Below are positions 20,253 to 28,015 of a DNA stretch of 32,271 nucleotides, in pieces. The stretch comes from a virus (taxonomy: Duplodnaviria > Heunggongvirae > Uroviricota > Caudoviricetes). The position numbers were made by a program, and so were the translations under genes. The stretch lies in the IMG/VR virus record IMGVR_UViG_2711768166_000002, one strand, 5' to 3'. The first letter of the stretch is position 1, and the number at the start of each line of letters is the position of its first letter. The notes beneath the pieces were generated by a model. That model searched no databases. It saw only the letters and a list, made by a program, of their open reading frames with translations, and had not been told where the DNA came from.

Positions 20253-20860
20253 GCAGCCTCACTTCTGCTATTTCGCAGGTCTTTGAGTTTCTGTTGGTAC
20301 TCTTCCTTGATCGCCTTGCACTCTTCGATAGTCCAGCGATGGCGGTTATGGTTTGATTCGATTTCGTCTACTGCTTCCTGCCCGATTCGGTTAATCAGTT
20401 CGACGCGATACGGAACGAGATTTCCGCTTTTATGCTGGTTGCACACCACGCATTGCTTGTGAATATTGCGTTCATCAAATCGGAGTTGAGGTGCCGCAGC
20501 AGTTGTCCGGTAATGCCCGGCATCCCACTGAGCAGACGTGAGCGTTCCGCACGAGATACATGGTAAGTCGCGGTCTCTTTCTCTGATGAAGGCGTTTACG
20601 GCTTGTTGGGCTTGTTTAATCCAGTAACTGCGGGGCTTTAAGGCGAGTTTTCGAATCTTAAGTTTATCTTTCTGTTTCTGCTCCTCTCGTCGTCGTTTCT
20701 TCTCTGCTGCTTTTTCCGCTTTTTCGCGTTCTTTGCTTCGTCGTTCGAGTGCTATCTTTGTTCCACACTCTGGAGAACACCACCACTGATTAGCAAATGC
20801 AGGGTGAAACCATTCCCGGCATTCATCGTTTTTACATCGTCTTCGCGCTGGTTTAGCCAT
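20249..20860 (-). CDS. ninG: NinG (Rap-family recombination protein)
   Basis: 203 aa with Cys-rich N-terminus; lambda NinG-like; synteny. Confidence 0.9.
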   Translation of the reverse strand: MAKPARRRCKNDECREWFHPAFANQWWCSPECGTKIALERRSKEREKAEKAAEKKRRREEQKQKDKLKIRKLALKPRSYWIKQAQQAVNAFIRERDRDLPCISCGTLTSAQWDAGHYRTTAAAPQLRFDERNIHKQCVVCNQHKSGNLVPYRVELINRIGQEAVDEIESNHNRHRWTIEECKAIKEEYQQKLKDLRNSRSEAA

Positions 20861-21029
20861 CGTCTTCTTCCTCGTACATTGAGCTATTCGGATCGCTCAT
20901 CAGTTCTGCACAGCAGTGCTCACACACGTGAACTTCCAGCACATGCAGCTTCTGACCGCAGTTAGCGCACGTTAAAGCTCGCTCGACGCTTTCTTTCTGG
21001 TATTGAAGGGATTGGGATGGGCTAAGCAT
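20853..21029 (-). CDS. ninF: NinF (58 aa)
   Basis: Hand translation [58 protein letters not shown]. Below the ORF-track size cutoff. Overlaps neighbours by a few nt. Confidence 0.7.
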   Translation of the reverse strand: MLSPSQSLQYQKESVERALTCANCGQKLHVLEVHVCEHCCAELMSDPNSSMYEEEDDG

Positions 21030-21387
21030 TATTGGCGTCCTGCATCATGAGAAAGACAATCATGGCGGCGCGGAGTGGGTTTTCATCTTGAGTCATATGA
21101 TATGGGGTACTATCACTGCCAACTTTTCTATGCGCTGCCTTCCATAATCCATTTTCTGGCGCTGGAATAATGCCAATTCTGTTCTCTACGATAATCGGCT
21201 CTGCGTCTGATGGGCTTTTACAGTAATCAACCGTTTTTATTGCATAACCAGTTTCGTCATCCCACTCAACACCAACGATTGATGTTCCCAACTTTGCGAT
21301 TTCGCAATCTTCGGGAGCAAATCCACAGCAAATTGCCACTCGCTTGTTAATTTCAAAATCACTTAACTGTGAATAATCCATTGTCAT
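21022..21387 (-). CDS. NinX-like protein inserted between ninE and ninF (P22-type arrangement)
   Basis: Start taken at the internal Met ([23 protein letters not shown]...) forming an ATGA overlap with the ninE stop. The ORF track extends to 21423. Confidence 0.6.
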   Translation of the reverse strand: MTMDYSQLSDFEINKRVAICCGFAPEDCEIAKLGTSIVGVEWDDETGYAIKTVDYCKSPSDAEPIIVENRIGIIPAPENGLWKAAHRKVGSDSTPYHMTQDENPLRAAMIVFLMMQDANNA

Positions 21388-21560
21388 TTCCTCGCACGAT
21401 GTCTTAGCCACCGGATATCCCACAGGTGAGCCGTGTAGTTGAAGGTTTTTACGTCAGATTCTTTTGGGATTGGCTTGCGTTTATTTCTGGAGCGTTTCGT
21501 TGGAAGGTATTTGCAGTTTTCGCAGATTATGTCGGTGAAACTTCGTCGCTGTCGTCTCAT
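21384..21560 (-). CDS. ninE: NinE (58 aa)
   Basis: Hand translation [58 protein letters not shown]; lambda NinE-like. Confidence 0.75.
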   Translation of the reverse strand: MRRQRRSFTDIICENCKYLPTKRSRNKRKPIPKESDVKTFNYTAHLWDIRWLRHRARK

Positions 21561-21967
21561 TCGTACCTCATGTCGGTAAATCTGACACCCTGACCAATAG
21601 CCCAGGCTGTTGTGTACTCGATCAGACTTGCCATACGCTTCACGCTCATCTGCGCGCTGCTTTCGCGAATGTTGACGTATTCGCCTTCAAGGCCGGGTAA
21701 AACATCAGCTTCCTGCTTTGTTGCCACTGCATGACCGCTGATCAACAAAACCTTCCATTGTTCCGGTTTTAACCATTTGCCGCACCATTGAACCTGACGA
21801 GCGATATCCGCCAGCATCACGTGAAATTTTGCGTTCTGGTCAAGGTTGCGCTTGTAGTCAGTAATGCGGATGGTGACTGGCTTGTCTTTATCGAGTGGTG
21901 TTGCGAGGATGGCATTTATTGCGGCTTGCTGTTGTTGCTTAGTTCGGAGGAAGATTGTTTGCTTCAT
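21557..21967 (-). CDS. ninB: NinB (Orf-family recombination mediator)
   Basis: 136 aa; shares the motif NLDQNAKFH...[15 protein letters not shown] with lambda NinB (SLDQNRKLW...LGDVSRQVEWHGRWL) as recalled. Confidence 0.8.
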   Translation of the reverse strand: MKQTIFLRTKQQQQAAINAILATPLDKDKPVTIRITDYKRNLDQNAKFHVMLADIARQVQWCGKWLKPEQWKVLLISGHAVATKQEADVLPGLEGEYVNIRESSAQMSVKRMASLIEYTTAWAIGQGVRFTDMRYE

Positions 21968-22301
21968 CGAAATTCTTCTCTTTAATTCCAGCGGCTCTGA
22001 TAGCTTTCATTACTGCAATTACCGTTTTGTCACGCCCATCCTCATAACCCATCGCATAAGCACCTTCTTCACCATCTTTCCAAAAGTCGTCATTCGATTC
22101 TGGCCAGTCGATATCCAGTTCAATAGCTGCTCGCGATGCCTGCCACGTTTGCCAGTGGCCTTGAACATCGTCCATCACGTATTGACCACCAATATCACCA
22201 CTGCCAATTTCATGGTGATTTTCAGGGTAACGGATAAGGTCTGATGATTCGCCTCCACGTCGCAACCAACTTTCTTCAAACTGCTTTCTTGATTCGTCCA
22301 T
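21939..22301 (-). CDS. Hypothetical acidic, Trp-rich protein (120 aa) in the ren slot
   Basis: ORF track; function unknown. Confidence 0.5.
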   Translation of the reverse strand: MDESRKQFEESWLRRGGESSDLIRYPENHHEIGSGDIGGQYVMDDVQGHWQTWQASRAAIELDIDWPESNDDFWKDGEEGAYAMGYEDGRDKTVIAVMKAIRAAGIKEKNFDEANNLPPN

Positions 22302-22318
22302 CGATACTTACCCTCAGT

Positions 22319-22525
22319 TCAACTCACAAAACGCCACGCCACTTTTGCTACGACAACAGGCATAACACCGATAATCACCCACAGGAAAATGCTACCGAAA
22401 AGCACACCCACCGGGTCTTTACCTTCGCCTACCAACCGGACAAAACTGCTGGCAACAACAATGAACGTCGCCACCATCCACATGGCACCGAGAATCCTCA
22501 ATGCAGAGAAAATCAACTCAACCAC
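22319..22525 (-). CDS. Small hydrophobic protein (68 aa, two predicted transmembrane helices)
   Basis: MVELIFSALRILGAMWMVATFIVVASSFVRLVGEGKDPVGVLFGSIFLWVIIGVMPVVVAKVAWRFVS: two hydrophobic stretches separated by a charged loop. First gene after the tR2-like terminator. Confidence 0.5.
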   Translation of the reverse strand: MVELIFSALRILGAMWMVATFIVVASSFVRLVGEGKDPVGVLFGSIFLWVIIGVMPVVVAKVAWRFVS

Positions 22526-22539
22526 GATTTACCCTCCCC

Positions 22540-22572
22540 CAAATAAAAAGGCCTGCGATTACCAGCAGGCCT
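22540..22572 (-). terminator. tR2-like intrinsic terminator between the replication genes and the nin region
   Basis: Perfect 8-bp stem aggcctgc/gcaggcct with an 8-nt loop; on the minus strand it is followed by a U-run (complement of aaataaaaa). Confidence 0.7.
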
Positions 22573-22600
22573 GTTATTAGCTCAGTGATGTAGATGGTCA

Positions 22601-24052
22601 TCAGAATCCTCCTTTCTTCTTGGACTGCGGTTCCTCGCGTTCACGTCGGCGCATTTCAGCAGACTGTTGGTCTGTGTCATAAATAGCGCCATTTGCCTGA
22701 ATGCAATACACCGTGCCGGTATTGCCATGACGATTGAGACGAAGGATTAGTTCGGTTTCACCAGGTGGAACACTGTCATCAAAAGCGCCTTCACGATGGA
22801 TCCCAACCCAATAATCGCAATCCTGTTCAATCTGCCCTGTATCTCGTGAGTCACTTGGTAATGGGCGTTTATTGGTTCGGCTTTCCAGTGCGCGGTTAAG
22901 CTGCGTCAGAAGCACAACAACGCAATCAAGCTCTTTGGCAAGGTTCTTCAGTCCTTTGGTGATCATGCCGTAAGCAAGGTCGTTGCGATCGGCCTTCTCA
23001 GCGGTCATTAGTGTCAGGTAATCGACCAGAATCATGCCAACACATCCTTTTTCTCGCTTGATTCGACGGCTTTCGCTGACGATTTGAGCCAGAGATAATC
23101 CCGGCGTGTCGTCGATGTAAAGCATGTCGATTTCACTCAAGCGATTAGCTGTTTCGATCGCCCTGTTGAAGTCACCATCGTAATCACCCTGATAGCCGTC
23201 ATCAGCGTCATTTGTCGCCGGAAGGTAAAAAATATTCGGGTTAACACCAGACTTCTGCCCTACCAGTTTTTCCAGTATCTGATCACCTGGCATTTCAAGG
23301 CTGAACATCAAAGCGGGCTTTTTCTCATGCACTGCGCAATTGATTGCCATCTGGCTGTATAGCGTCGTTTTCCCCATCTTAGGGCGAGCGCCAATGACAA
23401 ACAGAGAGCCTTTCACCAGTCCTTTCGGTGACAGCATCCTGTCCAGCGATGGGATCCCTGTGCTCATTCCTCGTTGTTCGCCTGACGGATCAAATCGCTT
23501 CTCAAGGTCGCTAACCCAGTCTTCCATGACCTCACCAAATGAGCGAAGGCCGCGACGCGATCCGGTTTTTGCATGGTCTGTCAGTTGCGTGAAAATCGCC
23601 TGAATAGCTTCGTACTTCTGCGTTGCAGTCATTCCGTTGCGGGAATAGAGCAATTCCGTCGCTTCAGTCATGCGGTTGATGGCGTAGCGTTCCATTGCGG
23701 TTTCACGAACCTGCATTGCATAGGCAACGATGTTTGCTGCGCTTGGCGTGTTCTTTGCGATCTCAGCGATATAAGCAAAACCGCCAACAGACGCCGTTAA
23801 CGATTTACGCTCCAGTTCATCGAAAAGCGTCAGGCCATCTACTGGCTTTTGCTCCCGGTGCATTCTGGTTATCTCTTCGAAAAGGATTTTGTGTGGTCGG
23901 CTGTAAAATGAATCAGGCTTCAGCATCGCCAGAACTTTCTGGACGCGCTCACTGCTGTCATCATCCAGAAGCAATCCACCAATCACCGCCTGCTCTGCCT
24001 CGATGCTATGGGGCGGCGCATAAAAATTATCGGTCATCGTGTTCACCCTCAC
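22601..24052 (-). CDS. Replicative DNA helicase, DnaB family
   Basis: 483 aa. DnaB N-terminal motif PPHSIEAEQAVIGGLLLD and Walker A GARPKMGKTT. True start may be the Met at 24037. Confidence 0.9.
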   Translation of the reverse strand: MRVNTMTDNFYAPPHSIEAEQAVIGGLLLDDDSSERVQKVLAMLKPDSFYSRPHKILFEEITRMHREQKPVDGLTLFDELERKSLTASVGGFAYIAEIAKNTPSAANIVAYAMQVRETAMERYAINRMTEATELLYSRNGMTATQKYEAIQAIFTQLTDHAKTGSRRGLRSFGEVMEDWVSDLEKRFDPSGEQRGMSTGIPSLDRMLSPKGLVKGSLFVIGARPKMGKTTLYSQMAINCAVHEKKPALMFSLEMPGDQILEKLVGQKSGVNPNIFYLPATNDADDGYQGDYDGDFNRAIETANRLSEIDMLYIDDTPGLSLAQIVSESRRIKREKGCVGMILVDYLTLMTAEKADRNDLAYGMITKGLKNLAKELDCVVVLLTQLNRALESRTNKRPLPSDSRDTGQIEQDCDYWVGIHREGAFDDSVPPGETELILRLNRHGNTGTVYCIQANGAIYDTDQQSAEMRRREREEPQSKKKGGF

Positions 24053-24917
24053 GAACTTTCAGGTAGGTATTGTCGTTAAGCAGGAAATCAAATCCCTTTT
24101 TGTGCCAGACGGTTCCGCGTTGATGGTTTGGGCGTTCTTCGAACATCCATCGGCAATTTTCGCCTACGTAGCTCAAATAATTTCTCCAGTCCTGCATCGT
24201 GAACCCATGCCCGTCAAGCTGGCGGGTTATCACTCCGGCTTTGCGCCAGAACGTTCGGATCTGGTTTTTACGCTTGTCATTCAGTGCGCGGATTCTTGGC
24301 GCTTCAGGAAGGATTTCGTGGTAAGCATCGACAACATCCTGACAGCTAACGGAAGGTTTTTTCTTGTCAGACTTTTTGTCTGCTGTGGCACTCTCTAATA
24401 CGTCAGTATTAGAGATATTATTTATATTATTGTTTATGGACAACCGTTGGACAACCGTTGGACAATCTCCGCTGAGAGCCGCGCCATTACTGGTGTTTGC
24501 GTTGGACAACCGTTGGACAACCGTTGGACAATTTTTTGCCTGAAAATCGTCATATTTAACGATTGTAAACAGGCTAAATTTCTTCCCCATCGAGCAAATA
24601 TTAAGCATCCCTTTCGACTCAAAAGTCCGTAATAAGCTCCGAACTTTGTTGTCGGGGATGAATGTTTCTCTGACCAGCGACGGGCGTCCAGTTATCATCT
24701 GACCGCGATCAACAGTTATCGGACCGATATCCGTATTGACGACAGTAGATTCGTGATTAGCCTTGAGGATTAAGTGAAGCCAAAGATGTACTGCCTGAGA
24801 GTCCTTATAGAGCCTGCTGTCCATAAACTGGCGGTGTATAGAGACATACCCCATACTGGATGCCTCCTGATGTTGTACAGGGTTATGCCTGTAATCAGCT
24901 AACTTAACGACGCCCAT
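24027..24917 (-). CDS. Replication initiator (O-like) containing the origin iterons in its coding sequence
   Basis: 296 aa with internal peptide repeats CPTVVQRLSN encoded by the direct DNA repeats. An alternative start at 24854 (MGYVSIHRQF...) has a better AGGAGG RBS. Confidence 0.8.
   Translation of the reverse strand: MGVVKLADYRHNPVQHQEASSMGYVSIHRQFMDSRLYKDSQAVHLWLHLILKANHESTVVNTDIGPITVDRGQMITGRPSLVRETFIPDNKVRSLLRTFESKGMLNICSMGKKFSLFTIVKYDDFQAKNCPTVVQRLSNANTSNGAALSGDCPTVVQRLSINNNINNISNTDVLESATADKKSDKKKPSVSCQDVVDAYHEILPEAPRIRALNDKRKNQIRTFWRKAGVITRQLDGHGFTMQDWRNYLSYVGENCRWMFEERPNHQRGTVWHKKGFDFLLNDNTYLKVREGEHDDR
24395..24535. repeat. Replication origin: two clusters of about 2.5 direct 11-bp repeats (GGACAACCGTT) flanking a 38-bp spacer, with an adjacent AT-rich region
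   Basis: Repeats at 24438..24465 and 24504..24531; AT-rich tattagagatattatttatattattgtttat at about 24408..24437. Same logic as lambda ori inside the O gene. Confidence 0.75.
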
Positions 24918-25067
24918 GTTTCACTCCTGCTTTGGCTAGTCTGTAAACACCAACAAGGCGCTCTGCGAACGCCCTGTTATTTGCTGCGGCTACCACTAAT
25001 CCCTCAGGTGAATCAGGGTGTCGAATCTCTTCTTTTTCCTGGTATTTCTTACGACGTTTTGTCATAA
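24907..25067 (-). CDS. Possible small basic protein (53 aa) between cII and O
   Basis: Hand translation MTKRRKKYQEKEEIRHPDSPEGLVVAAANNRAFAERLVGVYRLAKAGVKHGRR. Overlaps the putative pO/oop region; may be spurious. Confidence 0.3.
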
Positions 25068-25075
25068 TGACTCCT

Positions 25076-25142
25076 GTGGATTGATCCAGTCTTTCTACAT
25101 CAGGCCTCGAAGAATTCGCCGTTCTTCGGGGCTTTTTCTTTT
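25076..25142 (+). ncRNA. oop-like antisense RNA overlapping the cII 3' end, with intrinsic terminator
   Basis: pO-like GTCATAATGACTCCTG at 25061..25076 as in lambda. Strong hairpin GCCUCGAAGAA/UUCUUCGGGGC (25104..25132) followed by UUUUUCUUUU. Confidence 0.5.
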
Positions 25143-25378
25143 GTCAGCATTCTGGCTACTTTCTTAGCCAGTTCCGCCAACTCCTCGTCTTCAACACCCC
25201 ATTCAAGAACAGCCAGAAGCATTCCCATTTTTGGGATAAAGCTGTCTTTCCATCGCGAAATTTGCGATTCATTAATCCCTAACGCATCAGCAACCTTTCG
25301 CTGACCACGTACAGCAATTCGATTCAGGATGTTGCTTGTAATTGCATTCGCTTTCTTGCGAGTACTTGTAAGTTCCAT
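25100..25378 (-). CDS. cII: CII transcriptional activator
   Basis: Start taken at the Met preceded by AAGGAAATACTTACATATG, the same initiation context as lambda cII; contains SQISRWKDSFIPKMGMLLAVLEWGV. The ORF track extends upstream to 25465 across nutR. Confidence 0.85.
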   Translation of the reverse strand: MELTSTRKKANAITSNILNRIAVRGQRKVADALGINESQISRWKDSFIPKMGMLLAVLEWGVEDEELAELAKKVARMLTKEKAPKNGEFFEA

Positions 25379-25435
25379 ATGTAAGTATTTCCTTAACAAA
25401 TAAGAAGTTATGCGCATCAACTTATGCGCGTTGTA

Positions 25436-25480
25436 TTCCCGCATTTCGGCGGGAATGAGGACCATGACTGTTAAAGAGCA
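25436..25480 (-). promoter_or_regulatory. nutR (boxA GCTCTTTAA plus boxB hairpin UCCCGCCGAAAUGCGGGA)
   Basis: boxB is the same sequence, on the transcribed strand, as the nutL boxB; located between cro and cII. Confidence 0.6.
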
Positions 25481-25486
25481 ATTTGC

Positions 25487-25672
25487 TTATGCCGCTTTGC
25501 GGTAAGCGCTTTCTTGATACTTCAGGGCGCCAGCTGTAACGACTTCCAGTCGATAGGCGTCTTTCTCTGGGATGACTTCCTTCCACTGAGAGACTGCTGC
25601 GTCGCTAATGCCTAACGCTTTAGCTACAGCACGCTGGGTTCCGAAGTGGTCGATAACATCTTTCTTGTACAT
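25487..25672 (-). CDS. cro: Cro repressor, P22-type
   Basis: 61 aa, MYKKDVIDHFGTQRAVAKALGISDAAVSQWKEVIPEKDAYRLEVVTAGALKYQESAYRKAA, matches P22 Cro as recalled. Confidence 0.95.
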   Translation of the reverse strand: MYKKDVIDHFGTQRAVAKALGISDAAVSQWKEVIPEKDAYRLEVVTAGALKYQESAYRKAA

Positions 25673-25752
25673 AGACTCGCTCCGAAATTAAAGAACACTT
25701 AAATTATCCACTAAAGGAATCTTAAGTCAAGTTTATTTAAGATGTCTTAACT
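25673..25752. promoter_or_regulatory. OR operator region with divergent PR/PRM (three P22-type operator sites)
   Basis: Partially palindromic sites AATTAAAGAACACTTAAATT, ACTAAAGGAATCTTAAGT and ATTTAAGATGTCTTAACT between the cro and c2 starts. Confidence 0.75.
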
Positions 25753-26403
25753 ATGAAAACTCAATTGATGGGAGAGCGCATTCGCGCTCGGAGAAAAGAA
25801 CTCAAGATCAGGCAGGCCGCACTTGGAAAGATGGTCGGCGTGTCTAATGTTGCCATATCTCAGTGGGAACGCTCTGAGACAGAGCCAAATGGAGAGAATC
25901 TTCTCGCCCTGGCTAATGCGTTGAAGTGTTCCCCTGACTATCTGATGAAAGGAGAGGAAAGTCTTTCAAACATTGCCTATCACAGTAGGCATGATCCAAG
26001 AGGGTCATACCCTCTGATTAGCTGGGTGAGCGCAGGATGCTGGATGGAAGCTGTAGAACCATATCATAAGCGTGCAATAGATAACTGGTACGATACAACC
26101 GTAGACTGTTCAGACGATTCGTTTTGGTTGGACGTGAAGGGAGACTCAATGACGGCTCCGGCCGGTCTCAGTATCCCTGAAGGAATGATAATACTCGTCG
26201 ATCCTGAAGTAGAGCCGCGTAACGGGAAACTGGTAGTTGCAAAGCTCGAAGGAGAAAACGAGGCAACTTTCAAGAAGTTAGTTATTGATGCAGGCAGGAA
26301 GTTTCTAAAACCACTTAACCCACAATATCCGATGATCGAGATCAACGGGAACTGCAAAATCATCGGCGTAGTTGTCGATGCAAAACTAGCAAACCTTCCA
26401 TAA
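25753..26403 (+). CDS. c2: C2 prophage repressor (P22 immC type, LexA-like autocleavage domain)
   Basis: 216 aa, MKTQLMGERIRARRKELKIRQAALGKMVGVSNVAISQWERSETEPNGENLLALANALKCSPDYL..., near-identical to P22 C2 as recalled. Confidence 0.95.
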   Translation: MKTQLMGERIRARRKELKIRQAALGKMVGVSNVAISQWERSETEPNGENLLALANALKCSPDYLMKGEESLSNIAYHSRHDPRGSYPLISWVSAGCWMEAVEPYHKRAIDNWYDTTVDCSDDSFWLDVKGDSMTAPAGLSIPEGMIILVDPEVEPRNGKLVVAKLEGENEATFKKLVIDAGRKFLKPLNPQYPMIEINGNCKIIGVVVDAKLANLP

Positions 26404-26427
26404 GGGGGCATTCGCCCCTTTTTTTTA
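26404..26427 (+). terminator. Intrinsic terminator after c2
   Basis: Stem GGGGC/GCCCC with loop ATTC followed by T8. Confidence 0.75.
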
Positions 26428-26439
26428 TTTCCTTTAAAA

Positions 26440-26530
26440 ATCAAAGCCAAACTTAAGTTACGAAAGAAAATTTAAGTTTTCTTCAAAAATACTCTTGACC
26501 ATTAATTAAAGAGATCTTAAATTTAAGCCA
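26440..26530 (+). promoter_or_regulatory. OL operators and PL promoter
   Basis: -35 TTGACC (26495..26500), 17-bp spacer, -10 TAAATT (26518..26523). Operator-like palindrome AATTAAAGAGATCTTAAATT overlaps the promoter. Confidence 0.65.
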
Positions 26531-26569
26531 TCAGCAGGACGCTGGTAGCCAAACGGAACAGATTGGCAG

Positions 26570-26610
26570 GCTCTTTAACATTGATGGGATTGTCCCGCCG
26601 AAATGCGGGA
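26570..26610 (+). promoter_or_regulatory. nutL (boxA GCTCTTTAA, boxB UCCCGCCGAAAUGCGGGA)
   Basis: Same boxA/boxB pair as nutR; located between PL and N. Confidence 0.6.
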
Positions 26611-26717
26611 ACCAAAGAGTAGTTGGCTTTGGGGTGACGTGAAGTGCAGCTGCACGACGGCAACCGGAAGATAAGCACCCGGCGCGTCACCGCCAAAGTC
26701 AATCATCGGAGGTCAAC

Positions 26718-27017
26718 ATGACAGTAGTCATTACATATCTGGCTGACGATAACGCCAGAAATCGCCGCAGAGCACGCAGACAGGCTCAACGTGAACAGGC
26801 AATGCAAGAGCAGCGACTGGCGCGAAAAATTGCGCTAAAGCTCTCTGGTTGCGTCAGAGCAGATAAAGCAGCATCGCTCGGAAGCCTTCGCTGCAAGAAG
26901 GCAGAAGAAGTCGAGCGTAAACAGAACCGTATTTACTACCGCAAGCCACGCAGTGAAATGGGTGTGACTTGTGTTGGTCGCCAGAAAATGAAATTAGGCA
27001 GCAAACCACTTATTTGA
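26718..27017 (+). CDS. N: Antiterminator N
   Basis: 99 aa. N-terminal Arg-rich motif NARNRRRARRQAQRE; C-terminus RIYYRKPRSEMGVTCVGRQKMKLGSKPLI resembles the lambda/phage 21 N C-terminus as recalled. Confidence 0.85.
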   Translation: MTVVITYLADDNARNRRRARRQAQREQAMQEQRLARKIALKLSGCVRADKAASLGSLRCKKAEEVERKQNRIYYRKPRSEMGVTCVGRQKMKLGSKPLI

Positions 27018-27025
27018 GGTGATAT

Positions 27026-27289
27026 ATGGACAAGAAAATTAAATCATTGAAGCCAGGAATTGTTATCAGAGACATAAGCGGTTATTACGATACAGATACA
27101 TATGATATTTTATATGTGCATGCAGATGGAAAATGTCAGTATTCGAACGACATTTTTAATAATAAAGGTGATGCCGAAATTGCTGCCACCACAGTTAATA
27201 AAGAGTTAGTAGCTAATGAGTCGTGGGATTATTTTATGCCATCATCCACTTCTATGAACTGGAAAGTGGTTTTGTACATTCCATCATAA
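27026..27289 (+). CDS. Hypothetical AT-rich accessory protein (87 aa) in the ral/sieB slot
   Basis: ORF track; visibly AT-rich; no recognisable family. Confidence 0.55.
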   Translation: MDKKIKSLKPGIVIRDISGYYDTDTYDILYVHADGKCQYSNDIFNNKGDAEIAATTVNKELVANESWDYFMPSSTSMNWKVVLYIPS

Positions 27290-27330
27290 TTGTAGCTGCC
27301 GTTCAAAAATGAAAGTAAATCTAACATCAC

Positions 27331-27356
27331 AGGCCGCATAGTCGGCCTTCTTTTGG
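27331..27356 (+). terminator. Intrinsic terminator between the two accessory genes
   Basis: Stem aggccg/cggcct with loop catagt followed by tcttttgg. Confidence 0.6.
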
Positions 27357-27402
27357 TATAAACAACAGAATAAACACTGCACTGAATTATTTGAGGTGAG
27401 AT

Positions 27403-27873
27403 ATGACAAAATCATGGAGCGTACCTTTTCCTGAATCAGAAACTGAACATGATGGAATGCCTGTTTTCTGGAGATTCCAAGCGACAGTTGAAGAAGATGG
27501 GATCAAAATATTCGCACTTCAATATATAGCTTTTCATCAGACAGAGCATTATGCATGGTTGGTTCCTGCGCATTGGATTGTTAATTTTAAACCAGCACCA
27601 AATCAGTGGTTACAGGAATGGAAACAAAGGAGAAATAGATATGCAATTAAGAAAGTAGCAAAAAATGCAGAAAGATCTTTTGCATTCCCAACGAAGAAAC
27701 TTGCCATTGAAAGTTTATTGCGCCGGAAGAAATACCATTTGATGCGAATCAAACAAGATTTAGCTGTTGTATCAACTCTTGTTGATGGGATGAAGAATAT
27801 TGATACATCAACACCAGATATTGAATATAACTTTGGACACAACCAAGAAACAGAAAATTGGGTGTTTTATTAG
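27403..27873 (+). CDS. Hypothetical AT-rich accessory protein (156 aa), Trp/His-rich N-terminal half and basic C-terminal half
   Basis: ORF track; same translation-initiation context as the preceding gene; no recognisable family. Confidence 0.6.
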   Translation: MTKSWSVPFPESETEHDGMPVFWRFQATVEEDGIKIFALQYIAFHQTEHYAWLVPAHWIVNFKPAPNQWLQEWKQRRNRYAIKKVAKNAERSFAFPTKKLAIESLLRRKKYHLMRIKQDLAVVSTLVDGMKNIDTSTPDIEYNFGHNQETENWVFY

Positions 27874-27977
27874 TACGAATAAGCACTGTGTATTCATTCC
27901 AACGAGTGAATACACGGAGCAATGTCGCTCGTAACTAAACAGGAGCCGACTTGTTCTGATTATTGGAAATCTTCTTT

Positions 27978-28003
27978 GCCCTCCAATGTGAGGGCGATTT
28001 TTT
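27978..28003 (+). terminator. Intrinsic terminator after the 156-aa gene
   Basis: Stem gccctc/gagggc with loop caatgt followed by gatttttt. Confidence 0.6.
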
Positions 28004-28015
28004 GATGGAGGATAT

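Noticed and set aside
24438-24531. Short direct repeats that could be mistaken for a CRISPR array or minisatellite
   Set aside because: Only about five 11-bp units, inside the replication initiator coding sequence and next to an AT-rich tract. This fits ori iterons, not CRISPR (no spacer-sized unique inserts, no cas genes).
26404-26717. Possible rexAB- or bstA-like defence gene between the repressor and N
   Set aside because: There is no ORF of meaningful size. The interval is fully accounted for by the c2 terminator, OL/PL and nutL.
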